Source: Octopus bimaculoides (lineage: Eukaryota). Taken from it: a DNA stretch of 64,000 bases. The notes under the pieces are model-generated. The model was given only the letters and a program-made list of their open reading frames with translations. It was not told the DNA's origin and did no database searches. The stretch spans positions 94,912,604 to 94,976,603 of the forward strand of contig NC_068983.1 of NCBI RefSeq assembly GCF_001194135.2. The letters run 5' to 3'. Positions 10,320-24,203 of the stretch are shown here, piece by piece. Position 1 is the first letter of the stretch. The number at the start of each line of letters is the position of its first letter. Position numbers and translations under genes: made by a program.

Positions 10320-13300
10320 GTAAGAAAATCTTTTCTATTTTTCGTTTGTTTTTTCAGAGTAAATGTAACCAAAGGGGGAGCTTACTGTATGACAAATGTT
10401 AGTTTCCCTTCCTTTTCTACTCTAGACACAAGGTTGGGGAGAGGGGGCTAGTCGATTAGATTGACCTCAGTACGCAACTGGTACTTAATTTAACAACCGC
10501 GAAAGAATGAAAGGCAAAGTCGACCTCGGCGGAATTTGAACACAGAACGTGAAGACGGACGAAACGGCGCTAAGCATTTCGCCCGGTGTGCTAACGTTTC
10601 TACCAGTTAGTCTCCCTTTCCATGTATACATTCATGTTGAAGTAAACCCCTGGGAAAATTTCTCTAGTCAACAAATCTTGTTATATTTAAACTAATGTCT
10701 TTTGAACATGTGTTTTACATTCATCAACTCTTACAGTGTTACATGTTTGATCCTTAGAACATCAGCTAACTCTTAAATACAGCTGCGTTTAATTTTTACT
10801 CACAAAATAACTAATCTAATTATGACATGCCCAGTACATTATTTTAGCCTTATATTCGAATGTTTTGTAAGGTACGTATAACATGAGAGACTTGAATGCG
10901 CTGGCTAATGGTTCTTAATCACATGTATTGAACTGTTTACTTGGTTTACACACACACTGACTTTATCGAACGAATTATGGAGCCTCTGCGTGGTCTCTCG
11001 GCCTGTTAGAAATAGTAGCCAGAGCTTCAAATCGCACCCTACTGCCTTAAAAAGATAAAAAGTGGGTAACGTGGTCACAAATATATAAAAAGATAGGATG
11101 GTCAAAACTGGAATGTTCGGCCGGTGTTAACTAGTGGCTAAACGACAAAAATAACATTTGTCTTCGTAGGAATAAAACATTGTTTCGATGAATTATCTTT
11201 AACTTCCGGAAAGCTATCCACAATGCTATTGGGAAAAGATAACAAAGTTCATGTTTATGCATTCCAACCTTCATTGCCTTTCATTTTCAAGCCCGCATTT
11301 GCACATCCTTAAAGATTTTGATGAATCAAAACAGCTCTTTCAGACTGGTGAAATTGCTGTGATTGCGCTATCTTTCGCTTTGATTCAAATTTTGTCAACA
11401 AATTAGTCGGTAATTTCCGTGAGCACGTGTTGTCTCGTTAACTTTCAGTTGACATATCGAAGTGGAAAGAGAAAGCTAATGATACAACAGAAATAATGCT
11501 TTTATGAATTTCATAAAATGCATTAAACAGTATTATACTGTTTAATTTACAACTTCAAAAATGTTTTTTATGAATTTCATAAAATGTGTTGTATAGTCCC
11601 ATAGATCTTTAATTTAGCTTTAGAATTAATAAAAAATCAATGTCATTTATTTTTCTTTCTTCCGCATTTCCTTTCATCAATAGTAAGTGTTAATTTACAT
11701 TTCTTCCTTTTCTCCATGCATGTTACAATATTAATGCTCTTTGATTGCGGTCCTTTGATGCATGTTACAATATTTCGGCTCTTTAGTGGTTAAAAAAAAA
11801 ACAACAAAAAAACATGGACTACTATAATTGATATGGCATTTTCGGTGTTCTTGTTTTCTGCTTGGAAATTTACGGATTTTATATACTCACATGAAGCAGG
11901 TAAGAACAAATATGCAAGGCTTTTATATTTTATAAACACCAAAAGGATGAAAGGCAAAGTCGACCTTGGCTATCTGAAGAATATTGATAAGGAAAAGTAC
12001 TTAGTTGAAATGCTAGGGGATAACAAGAGAAAGACAGGTGTGACAATTGAGTTTGAATGAAGGGAACATGCAAGTAGCTAGAGAAGCAGAGACTATTTTA
12101 GTAGCTGTAGAGGAAACAAATGAAAGAAACAATGCATCCGTAAGCAAATGATCGTAATTGTTGAGGGAATGTTTACCAATTAGTAGAATGAGTTTTTAGA
12201 TGGAGTTTGTATGTGTAGCAGCAGCACCATCTCAGAATACAGAGGTGTGAGTCGCACTTGAACTTTGTTGAGTATTAGTAATTCATTAAGGATGAAGAAT
12301 TTTCAGGTTCAGAAGAGGATTCCTAGTCTTTGGGATGTTGCAGGTTTGGTAGTTGTATGTATGTGGGGGTTACGTTAAGAAATCACCAGAAATTGTGAGG
12401 CCAAGCATTTATAGTAAAAAAATTGAGAATCTTAATTGTTTGTTGTTCATGTGTTGGGAGTGAGGTTACAATGTGATATTGTTTTGTTAATATTTATAGT
12501 GACTATGTACTGATACTAAAAACTAAGTCAGTATGTGCCCATTGGAAGAGCGACAGCTGTAGAAACCAGGTAGGGTTGAAGAATGTATGTAATGTTGAAA
12601 AAGGGAGATAACCAATGAGATATACGAGTTGAGATGACTGATAGTGTAGAAAAGGTGAATGGTAAAGAACAGCTGAATTGTCATAAAGGTACAGAAGGAT
12701 GAGATTGGGTGAGAGAGAGAGAGATGACATGTAGTTGGATAGGTTGTAAGAGTGTAGGGGGAAAGGTAAGCATCATGAATGAGGAAAGGGAAAAATAATT
12801 TGATGGCTCAGCCAGGTGTAAAATGTAGGTGGAGGTGACATTGTTAAGAAAAATGGATGGATATCAAGTGGAATGGTTCCAAGTATTGAGAAAAGATAAT
12901 TGATATCAAGAAAAAGTTGGTGGAGCTTACAATTTTGCTCACATTTAATTACAGTAGCAGAATACTGAAGTTAGAGGAAGAAACTGGGTGAAGGGTTCCA
13001 ATGGTACATACCTTTACACACATTATATTATTGGAATCTCTGTTTTCTTGAGATGGGCAAGTCTTCTTTAGAACTTCTTTGCCAGTCATTCTGGTCCTTT
13101 GTCATCTCCTCTGTGAAGGTCAAGGTTCTGAGATATGCTGTCACCACTTCACCCCATGTCTTCCTAGGTCTGCCTCTTCTGTGAGCTCCATCTACATTAA
13201 GTGATTAGAAGTTCTTTATACAGCTGTCTTCATCCACATAAATCATATGTCCATATTAGTACATTTTGTTTCTTGCACATTACATCTAATTCCTTTTATG

Positions 13301-16300
13301 TCCAATTTTTCTCTCAACACATTTGTTCTTTATCACTCATGCACACTTACATTGCACATCCAATGAAAAGTGCTAGGTTCATTTCTTTCTAGTTTTCTCA
13401 AGTTTTCTGGATTCAGAGCCTATGTCACACTACCATGCAGCATTACAGTTCTAGCATAAGCATCATACAACCTGTCCTTCACTCTGAGGGAAAGATCTTT
13501 GTTGCTCGCAATGGTAATAGCTACCTAAAATTTTCCAGCCTTTTCTTACTCTGGCTACAATACCTTTAGAGGATCCACCTCCCTTACTAATTAAATCTCC
13601 CAGACCTCCATTACATCTGTCACATATAAAGCTTATTTCCTCTGTTAGTCTACTTGTGATTCAACTATATCTCTTGTGTATCCATAGCTTACAAGGGATA
13701 CAGCATATGAAATTTATACCTACTCCTTTTCTGCATATGGAGCAAGGCCATTCTGTTGATGATACCAGGGTCCTGTCTTCTTTCCTACTAAGTAAAATCT
13801 TAGTCTTTGTGAAGTTTACCTCAAGTCCTCTCAGTTATAGGTTTAGCTTCTATGCCTTGGATTTCGTCTGTAATTCCCCTATAGATTCAGCTATGAGAAC
13901 TAGGTTATCAGTATATAGGAGTCTCAAACACCCCTGTAGTTGTTTAGGACTATGAAGAATAAGAGAGAACCGAGGTCTGAACCTTGATGAACTTCTACGT
14001 TCACACTAAATTCATCACTGAAATTGTTATTGACTCTCATTTTGCTTCTGTATTTTTGTGCATGGCTTGTACGGCCCTCACAAGCCATTCAGAGTTTTCT
14101 CTGTATCAGTTTTTATTCAGATTGTTGCTCTCCTAGATAGATTGCTGTGCTGTGGCTATCAAGAATCCACATCTCTTGTATGTTTTGAAAAAGAATCCAT
14201 ATCTCTTGTATGTTTTTGAAAAAAAAAAAAAGAGGCCCTTTCTGTATATAATATATTTCATTTCTTGTTTGCAGTCAGACTTCATCTGATATGTCAGATA
14301 GTTCAGAATCCCAACATCGACATAAAAAAAGGAAGAAATCCAAGCATAAAAAGAAAAGAACACATTCTTCCTCTGAAAGCTCTTCTGATTCTAATGCTGA
14401 ACCAACTCTTGAACAACGTTTGAATGACTTTGATGCCAGGAAAATAGCTAGCATTGAAGAACATCAAGCTGAAAAGAGGTAGGTCATTTAATGGACTTGT
14501 TTGCGCAAACTTTTTATTTATCTCAGTGCTATATTGGGGCTGTTTTGTGTCTTATAAATATCTTCCAAACATCTACTGGATTGGCTGAAGCGGGAGGCTC
14601 ATAAGTTTTATTTTCATCATATGAAATAGATGAGATTACTCTTTCTTAGTACAGGATGCTAGTTTTCTAGGTTAGTATGCTAGTAACTTTTAGCTTTTTG
14701 AATTAAATATCCTCTGCAGAGAAAAAGACAGCAACAATGAAAAACAAGTGCTTGTTGTAGATTTGGAACCATAGAGTATGAGCTATTAGTTGGACCAGTT
14801 GCTGATCTATTCTGAAAAGGTCTTGTAAAATTTAATCAATTTGTCCCATCTTCACCAAATATTTCATCGAAATGCAGTTGGTGTTATGAAACCTATTATT
14901 CATTGCAGTGTTTTTCATGGAAATCTTGCTGTTCACCACTGTTCAGAAATTAGTTACATAGGGTTACAAGTATAGTGAACTAGTTCATCAAACAATCAGA
15001 TTTGACTTGTTATAAGCTCACATATTTCTTCTTTGCTTATGCTGTGTAGCACTTCAGTACTCCCCCCCACTCCAGTCCATTGAATTCTTGTCATTTTGTC
15101 ATACCTTCCACTATACCCCTCTATATAACATTGTAAAAAATCAAGTTGATGAAGGATCTTCAATGTGGTCACTAAACATGCTTGAAATAGCATCAAATCT
15201 CCCTCAAACCACACCGTTTTATCATTACACAAAAAAGAAACATTAGATAATTTAGTTCTAGAATACTATGTTTGAATAAAAGACAAACTGGTCACAGCTA
15301 GAACATCTTTGTTCTAGCTGTAGTTTTGAAATCATTACTCATGATCAGCTACCTGCTTCTTCACCAAGTTGTCCCTTTTTATTTCTCATTTTATTTATAT
15401 AATTTGGAATATCAACATTTTTTTACCCTAAAGTGCAAATTTATTTGTATTTTTCTCATGCCAGTCATTATGTCTTATATGCCTCGATTTCTAATAGTTG
15501 AAAAAACTAATGAGATATGATTTTTCAGAAAGCTGAAGGAACTTCAAAAGGCTACTGAGACTCCTGAAGAAAAGCGAGCAAGAAGACTTAGTAAGAAGGT
15601 AATAACGATTTCTAATTTAAAATATAAAGTTGCATCCTGCTGGAAATATCAGGATTCATCTCTTCTTATGGCATTCAAACTGGTTTTTTAAATTCTCATG
15701 GGATACACACACATGAACACGTCTATACAGGGTGTCCCCAAAAAGCACATTGAATGATTATAAAATCAGTCTGTATAGAAATACATTTCATTTTCAAAAT
15801 TTAATAGAATCTACCGACAGAATTTAATTTTTTTATGATCATCTGTTTTCAAACTAATGTCCATTTGGATGACACTGATAACATGAAGCAATGGAATCAC
15901 AGGCATCAAAAAACGTTTCATTTGGTATTTGTGTACATTCTCATTCAATGGCTGCGTTTAATTTGTTGACTGTTACTTCTTTTGTATCATAAACTTTATC
16001 TTTTACGTATCTCTATAAAAAAAATGTAGTGGTGTGACGTCTGGTGAAGGCAGATGATATTCTACTGAATCTCTTTGTCCAATTCACTTGTTTGGCAAAA
16101 TCTCCTCAAGGTAGGCCCTTTCATTACTGTGGTAGTGTTGAGGTGCCCCATCTTGCTGGAAATAAAGCCTGCAACTTCAAAGTCCTCTTGAATACTTGAC
16201 ATGAAAAATTTCAAGTAAATGAAACCAGTTACTGTACCATAAAAAATGAATGGTTTAGTTAATCTTTTTGATGATAAGCTACACCATACTATAACTCCTG

Positions 16301-17894
16301 GTAAATAAACATGATGTTCCTCTGTAATATGTGGATTCTCAGATCCCCAGTAAGTGCAATTGTGGCAGTTAATTAAGCCACTTAGTTTAACTGTAGCTTC
16401 ATTATTCCAAACAATCTTTGTTGGAAAGTGCCAAGTACTACTCAGAAAACTCTACTCTTCAGTTTGGTTCATATTCATTGTGAGCATTGCCTATTCTTGG
16501 AATTTAACTTTTATAATGAAAGCACTTTTAAGTGGGTACTTGATTTTGAAATTCCTATTTCACAACTCATCTGCCATGCAAATTTCATTGAACCCTGAAA
16601 ATAAGTTTCTAATACACTATCATTGTGGGGCTTGTCAAATTCTGCAATCTTCTGCAATGTTTCTTGTGGACATTCTGAACAATTCCATCTGTTTCAAATT
16701 TATCTCTAATTTGAGTGATGGTAGGTCACATAGATGGATCTGTTTGAAATTCCTTCCTAAATTCTTTTGCACTTTGACTGTGTTTTCAAACTTCCAGTTG
16801 CACTTTTGGATAAATTTCCTTTGTTCAAATCTTAGTCTTGCTTCTTTCATTAATTCTAATGGGTTAAATCCAAGAAGAAATGAAATTGAAGTTAGTTATC
16901 AGCTGTTAAAGTTTATGTACAGTTTTGGGGACATTTTGCATATGCTTTTCTTTGAGTTTTAGTTAAGTTCTCCTTAAGAGAGTTCAAGCTGGTCTCTGGG
17001 GAATCTTTGGATTGTCTTACAAATCTTCAGTGTGCTACTAATAGAGTGGATTTCGAGAATTCAATTTTTGTGTAAATTTATTGGTACATAACCTAATGCA
17101 TCTATAACAACTGGTGTGTATATATATATCTATATATATATAAAGTTTTGTGCTTTAATCCATTCCTACTACATTGTTATAGTTTCCTGAAGCTTGGATT
17201 ACATAACAGTTGGAGTTATCACTTTGGTTGCTGTTATTAGATTTTCAACTTCCACACTCAAAAGGAGTTCTTGTCTTCATATTGCAAGGATAATCTCAGT
17301 TAATTGAAGTTCTTTAGGTTACTATATATAAATACAAACATATATTTAATTCACAATCGTTAGGCAAACAAAACATTTTGTTTTGCCTGTGGTTCAAATA
17401 AGTACCAGATTTAAAATAAGTATTGGGCTAAATGTGACTGACTAAACCCTTCATGGAAATGCTCCAGCTTGGCCACAGTCCAGTGACTAAAACAAGTAAA
17501 AGAGGAAGCATGTGTGTGTGTATTGTTAAGTAGTTCATTTTTGAACTGCATGGTTTCAGGTTCAATCACACTCTGTAGCACCTTGGGCAAATGTCTTCTA
17601 CTATAGCCCCAGGCCAGCTAAAGTCTTGTGAGTGGATTAAGTTATAGGGTGTGTTTTGTGAAGGATTTAGCTGTTATTTCTACCAGGTCAATGACCTTGT
17701 AGAGGGTCGTTAATTTGTTCTTATATAGACAGTATTGTCTTCAAACTTTTAATGAATAGCTTTATTTTCATTTCAGGAAGCCAAAGAACGTAAACGCAAA
17801 GAAAGAATGGGCTGGGATCAAGATTATTTGGTAAACCATTTTACTTCATTGTTTGTTTTGATTATTACGGTTCCAAATGGTTACACATGTATGT

Positions 17895-17932
<38 letters not shown>

Positions 17933-19913
17933 GCTAACAGACATGTAGACACACACAGATATATGTTTATCTATGTGTGTGTATATCACCAGCATCATTT
18001 AACTTTTGCCTTCCATGCTGTTATGGGTTGGGTGTTTGACAGGATCTGGGAAGCTGCAGTGTTGTGCTGAGCTCCAATGTCAGCTTTGGCATGGTTTCTA
18101 TGGCTGGATACCCTTCCTAATGCTAACCACCATTCAATGACTACTGGGTGCTTTTTTTATGCCACCAACACAAGTGAAGTTGCTAAGTAAGTTGCAGGAC
18201 ATAAAAGAACAGGAAAGAGAAAACATTCCATGATAAAATGTGGGGGTGTATTAGGGAGGTAAGCGGGTTTATCCCAGATACTGAGAGGCTAATACAGCAA
18301 CAAGCACAGGTGTCTTGCTCTAGAGGAGTTACATGGCTACCCTACATTATATAAGTAGCAATTGGGAAGAAGATGATGATAATAGTGTGTAGAGCAAACT
18401 CTCAAAGTACAAGAAGGTGAACATAAGAAAGGATATGGTCAGTAGATTAGGGGGAAGGGAAAAACATGTACATACATATACAATTTATATATATATATAT
18501 ATATATATATAATGTGTATGTATGTATTGTACAGGATGCAGCAAAATGATCTGACATATTTGTAGGTTTAATAAAAGTGAAATGGAGCAAAGAATGAAAA
18601 TTGGGTTTTTATTCTCGAAATATACATATAATGCCCTTTTGTTTCATTTGGTTTTAAAAATTAAATCAGTCGAGTAGGTGCTGTTACTGTCCACACACTG
18701 TTGAAGGTGTTCACAAAAGTTGTCATTAACTCAACGAGTCATTTCATGTGAAATGGCAGCAATTTCTTGATGGCATCTTTTAATTGTTCTGTAGATCAAG
18801 GGCGATGAATGTATACCTCTGATTTCAGGTATCCCCATATAAAAAAAATCGTACGGGTTCAAATCAGGTGATCAGACAGGCTAACCAATGTCACCGCACA
18901 ATGCAATCAAATGACTGGGGAATATCTCCCTCAAAATCCCCATTGCACATCAAGATGTGTGGGCTGTTGCCCCATCCTGTTGAAACCAAATGTTATCCCT
19001 ATTGTCAAGTTCATTCAGTTTGGGTTTCAGAAAAGTCTCTAGCATCACACAATATCGATCAAAGCTCATGGTCACTGTAACATTGTCTTCTTCGAAGAAG
19101 TATGGACCCCAAATGCCGAATTCTGCTGCTGCAGAATTTTGAGTTGGTATGGGATCATGTCTAGCAAGCCTGAAGTGCACACGGAACGCGCTTCATGTTG
19201 CGGTTACAGATTCATTGTTCTTGATGAATGTTTCCGCAATGAAAGTGCGATGCTTGCCCATCCAATTCATGTTGGCAACTGAAAACAAATTGAAATAAAA
19301 TGTCACAAATGGCACCAGTTGAAACAAAATTGCATTGTTTGTACATTTCAAAATTAAAAGCACATTTTTCGTTCTTTGCTTTATTTCACTTTTATTAGAC
19401 CTACAGATGTGTCAGATCATTTTGCTGCACCTGGCACATATATAAGTAGCAATTGGGAAGTAGCAATTCATGTTCTGTGTAATATTTATACCAGTAATGC
19501 TAATTTGATTTTCATATTTCAAAGACATTCTTGATGAAATGATTTCCACATTACATTCAACTAAATTAATTTAATAACTGCAATTAATAATTATGTAATT
19601 ATAATTGGTTAGCTGCAGAGAAAATGAAATTTGGGGAATATCAGTGAGATTGTTTCCTATTCATCATAATATTTTGATATGAGCACTCATTTTGGCTAAT
19701 TCTAAACTTTATACAATATTCTTATACAATATTTTATTTATGTTTTTCTTTTTTGTGTTTATTCTTTGTTATCAAAGGCTCCAACGATGATTGCATCAAA
19801 TCAGAAGATTTATTGCAATAAAATAGATACATACTGGAGTGCAACTATATGTTAACTGCTTATTTATTCACATTGTTTTGAATAAATAATCACCTATTCA
19901 ATTTATATATATA

Positions 19914-19976
<63 letters not shown>

Positions 19977-22900
19977 ACACACACATACACAATGGGCTTC
20001 ATACAATTTCTGTATATCAAATTCTCATCACAAGGCATTGTACGGCTTAGGGCTAGGGTTGCAATAGAAGATACTTGCCACTTGTGTCACACAGTGGAAC
20101 TGAACCTCAAGTTATATGGCTGAGAAAATCGCTCTCTTTCACACATACAGGCCTATCCTTTCACGTGACGGTACCACTTAAAAAGCACCCATGCTGGTGC
20201 TGCGTAAATGCACCCATGCCAGTGCTGCATTAATGCATCTATGCCAGCAGTATGTAAAAAGCACCCAGCATAATCTGTCTAGTTCTTGGCATTAGGAAGA
20301 GCATCCAGTCATAGAAACCATTCCACAACAGACTTTGAACTGATGCCAGTATGGAAAGCAGACATTAAACGATGATGATGATGAACCTAACTTCTGAACT
20401 ACACAACCATGCCTACACCTACATATATACATATGTGTGCATATATGTACATGTGAATGTGTGTGTATGCATGCACATGAGTGTATGTATGCCTGTGTAT
20501 GTGTTTATGCATATATGTATGAATGTGTGTGTGTGTATGTGTGTAAATGTTTGTTTTTTATGTTCTTTCTTTCTGTCTAATAATGAAGTTTTCCCCCTTA
20601 CAGGGATACACGAATGCAGACAACCCTTTTGGTGATGAGCATCTGCTAGACACTTTTGTATGGCAGAGGAAAATGGAGAAAGAAGGCAAGAAAGGTGTTG
20701 CAGTGGAGAAACTACAGAAGATGCAGAAGGAGAAAATGGCTGAGAATAGGGTCAGTAATATTAAAATATATGGTTTTTTTGTTGTTGAGTAGTCTTGTTT
20801 TGCTTTACTTGAGTATATTAGTGACAACCCATGAGTACCAGAATAAGCAATTGAGACCAATCCAAAGGACTAAACTTCATACTGTCATGCAGTGATTGAT
20901 TATTGTTGTTTTAACTCCAGGTTAACTCTGATTAAGCAGACCTGTGATCAAAGGCCGTTTTGCATGTTATGAGGGTCTGCCTAAGATTATATTATCTAAT
21001 TCATTTTTTCCTTATTTATGACCATAGGACGTAAACTAAAGAAGTAGTTATGGAAGCTCCCTCATAAGCATGCAGTGGTTTCTTATGCAATTTGGCAGTT
21101 TAGATATGTTTTTCTTTTTTGTGTTTATTCTTTGTTATCAAAGGCTCCAACGATGATTGCATCAAATCAGAAGAATTTTGCTTTTAATTTTATCAAAACT
21201 TAGTAAAATTAACATGTTTAATGTTCCTCTTGACTAATTGTATGATGACAGCTGTTAGAAAAATATATGCAAGGACAGAAATCCTGAGGGCTAATGTTTT
21301 GGGAAAGAAGTACCAGAATTGTTGGTCAATGTGAGGAATAGGGTCATGAAGATGATATGGGTGACAACTTAGTGAGAGATGAGTAAGTTGAGAGTGCTTG
21401 AGTAGAAGTGACACAAGAGCAACTAGTTCCAATTGATAGAAGTTACTGTAGTAGTTGTTGAAAAGACAGAGAAGGGAGATGGTACGTCTTTGGGTCAGAT
21501 TGGAATATACAAGAATTTTAACTTGCAGGGCTGTATTAAATGGGAACCTATATCAGAGTTTGGGCATAATGAAGTAATATTATAGTTGTTTTGTATATAA
21601 ATTATGCTAGGTGGCGAGCTGGCAGAAACGTTAGCACATCGGTCGAAATGCTTAGCTGTACTTTGTTTGTCTTTATGTCCTGAGTTCAAATTCCACCAAG
21701 GTTGACTTTGCCTTTCATCCTTTCAGGGTTAGTAAATTAAGTACCAGTTGTGTACTGGGGTTGATCTAATTGACTGGCCCCCTCCCCAAAAGTTTCAGGC
21801 CTTGTGCCTTGAGTAGAAAAAAAGTATATAAATTATGCTGTTTGTTTGGAACCAATCAAAGAATTAGAAGATTTAAAGTGAGATATTTGGGGGTAGGGTT
21901 GTCACAAGTGGTTTTTCATTTTTACAAGTTTTATTTAACTGTGTAGATGATCTTTGAATGTGTAAAAGCTTTTTTATGATTTTCAGAGCTTGTAATTTAT
22001 GTTAGTGGTAAAGAGCAGTAAATATCCACAAAGTTGGCTTAATCTGTGGTATATTATATTGTTGATAGGTATCATCATCATCATCATCATTTAATGTCCA
22101 TTGTCTATGCTAGCATGGGTTGGATGGTTTGACCGGGCTGGCACGCTGGAAGGCTGCACCAGACTCCAGTCTGATTTGGCAGTTTCCATTTATTACCCAA
22201 ATGCTGTGCTTGTAAGTACTCGCAGTGCTGCATGTTGAAAATGGTCCATCAGATTTTTGCTTTATTGAATAAGATGTGAAGTATCAGATAAGGTGATCTG
22301 GCACTCCTGAGGAGTATTTCAGGACATATGTAAGAAGGTTAAAAGTAATTTGAGCGCTTTGAAATTGAAAGTACAAATAAGTGTCCACTAAATTCTCTGT
22401 CTCAATTCCTCATCAATCAATGTAGATCTTGATGTCTTCACAAGGAAGTTCAGGTCTAAATACTGATAGGAACTTGCATTTATGCATGTTACTTTGATAG
22501 TTTATATCTAAAACAGTGTTGTACATTTTATGTATTTTCTGTATTTACATGGAATTTTCTACTGATTTTCTTCATATTGCAGCGGGAACTTGAGAAAGTA
22601 AAGAAACGACGTCTTGAGCGAGAAAAGGAACAAGAAGAGAGGGAGAAGGAAAGGGTATCTATGTATAGCTTGTTTCTTTCTTGTACATATTAACAGGGCA
22701 CAGTGGTTGATTAGTTGAGTACTAAGATAGTTGTTAAAAGTTTTAAAGCTACTGATTTTTCTTGTGAGTGAAGTTCATTTTTTATATATATATATATATA
22801 TATNNNNNNNNNNNNNNNNNNNNNNNNNNNNNNNNNNNNNNNNNNNNNNNNNNNNNNNNNNNNNNNNNNNNNNNNNNNNNNNNNNNNNNNNNNNNNNNNN

Positions 22901-24163
22901 NNNNNNNNNNNNNNNNNNNNNNNNNNNNNNNNNNNNNNNNNNNNNNNNNNNNNNNNNNNNNNNNNNNNNNNNNNNNNNNNNNNNNNNNNNNNNNNNNNNN
23001 NNNNNNNNNNNNNNNNNNNNNNNNNNNNNNNNNNNNNNNNNNNNNNNNNNNNNNNNNNNNNNNNNNNNNNNNNNNNNNNNNNNNNNNNNNNNNNNNNNNN
23101 NNNNNNNNNNNNNNNNNNNNNNNNNNNNNNNNNNNNNNNNNNNNNNNNNNNNNNNNNNNNNNNNNNNNNNNNNNNNNNNNNNNNNNNNNNNNNNNNNNNN
23201 NNNNNNNNNNNNNNNNNNNNNNNNNNNNNNNNNNNNNNNNNNNNNNNNNNNNNNNNNNNNNNNNNNNNNNNNNNNNNNNNNNNNNNNNNNNNNNNNNNNN
23301 NNNNNNNNNNNNNNNNNNNNNNNNNNNNNNNNNNNNNNNNNNNNNNNNNNNNATTTAATTTAATTTTGTTAACGTATATAGTTATTTAATTCCATTTGTT
23401 TATCTGTGTATTGTATTATATTGTATTATATTTTGTTCATATTGTTATCAGTTTATGGGGATTTTATTCTGTCATATGTTGTGGTGTGTTGGGGGTGTGT
23501 GCTAGTATTCCATTCCAGTTTCCTATTCAGGCTAGGTTTATCTTCTATTATGTGTGTAGCTTCTGTAATTTGTCTAAGCGTTGCGTCTGTTCTATGTGTG
23601 GACAAGATTTTAACTTCTATGTTGTTGAGTGAGCCTCCGTGTTCCTGCTCAGCATGCTGGTACAGAACTGATGAGCTCTTCTCTTCCTTAAGTTCCCTCC
23701 AATGTTCATTTACCCGATCTCCTATGCTCTGTGCCGTTTCCCATACATACGTCGTTGTCTTGTTACTGCATCGTCCTTCTGTACATCTTATACTATAGAC
23801 TACATTTCTGGCTCTACAGTTTGTTTGCAGGCTAAATCTACATACAGTACAGTTCCTATCAGTACAGGGGGTTCTACTAAAAGGGTAGGTTCTACTGATA
23901 AGGGATTTGATAGGGTTGCCTGGCCTTTCAACAACCTTAATTCTTAGCTTAAGTTTGTCTAGGGCCCTTCTAAAGCAGTATGCCAGTTCGCCTCTAGGAG
24001 TGGTGTCGACGAACATGACACTCTGGTATTTGTGGCTATCATACCATGAGTTGGCCTTCCCTATTTTCTTGTCAGTACTCACAGTGCTATATTACTCAGG
24101 GAGAAAATAGGGAAGGCCAACTCATGGTTGGCGATTTTTTTTTTTCTGTGGGGATACCTGAAA

Positions 24164-24203
<40 letters not shown>

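Noticed and set aside
16354-16962. 202-aa plus-strand ORF
   Set aside because: Antisense shadow of the decayed Tc1-like transposase; no recognisable domain.
22731-23363. 210-aa and 196-aa ORFs in the ORF track
   Set aside because: Artefacts of the 549-N assembly gap.
23660-23700. CTGATGAG as another hammerhead
   Set aside because: No stem II or downstream GAAA; lies antisense within the PLE ORF.
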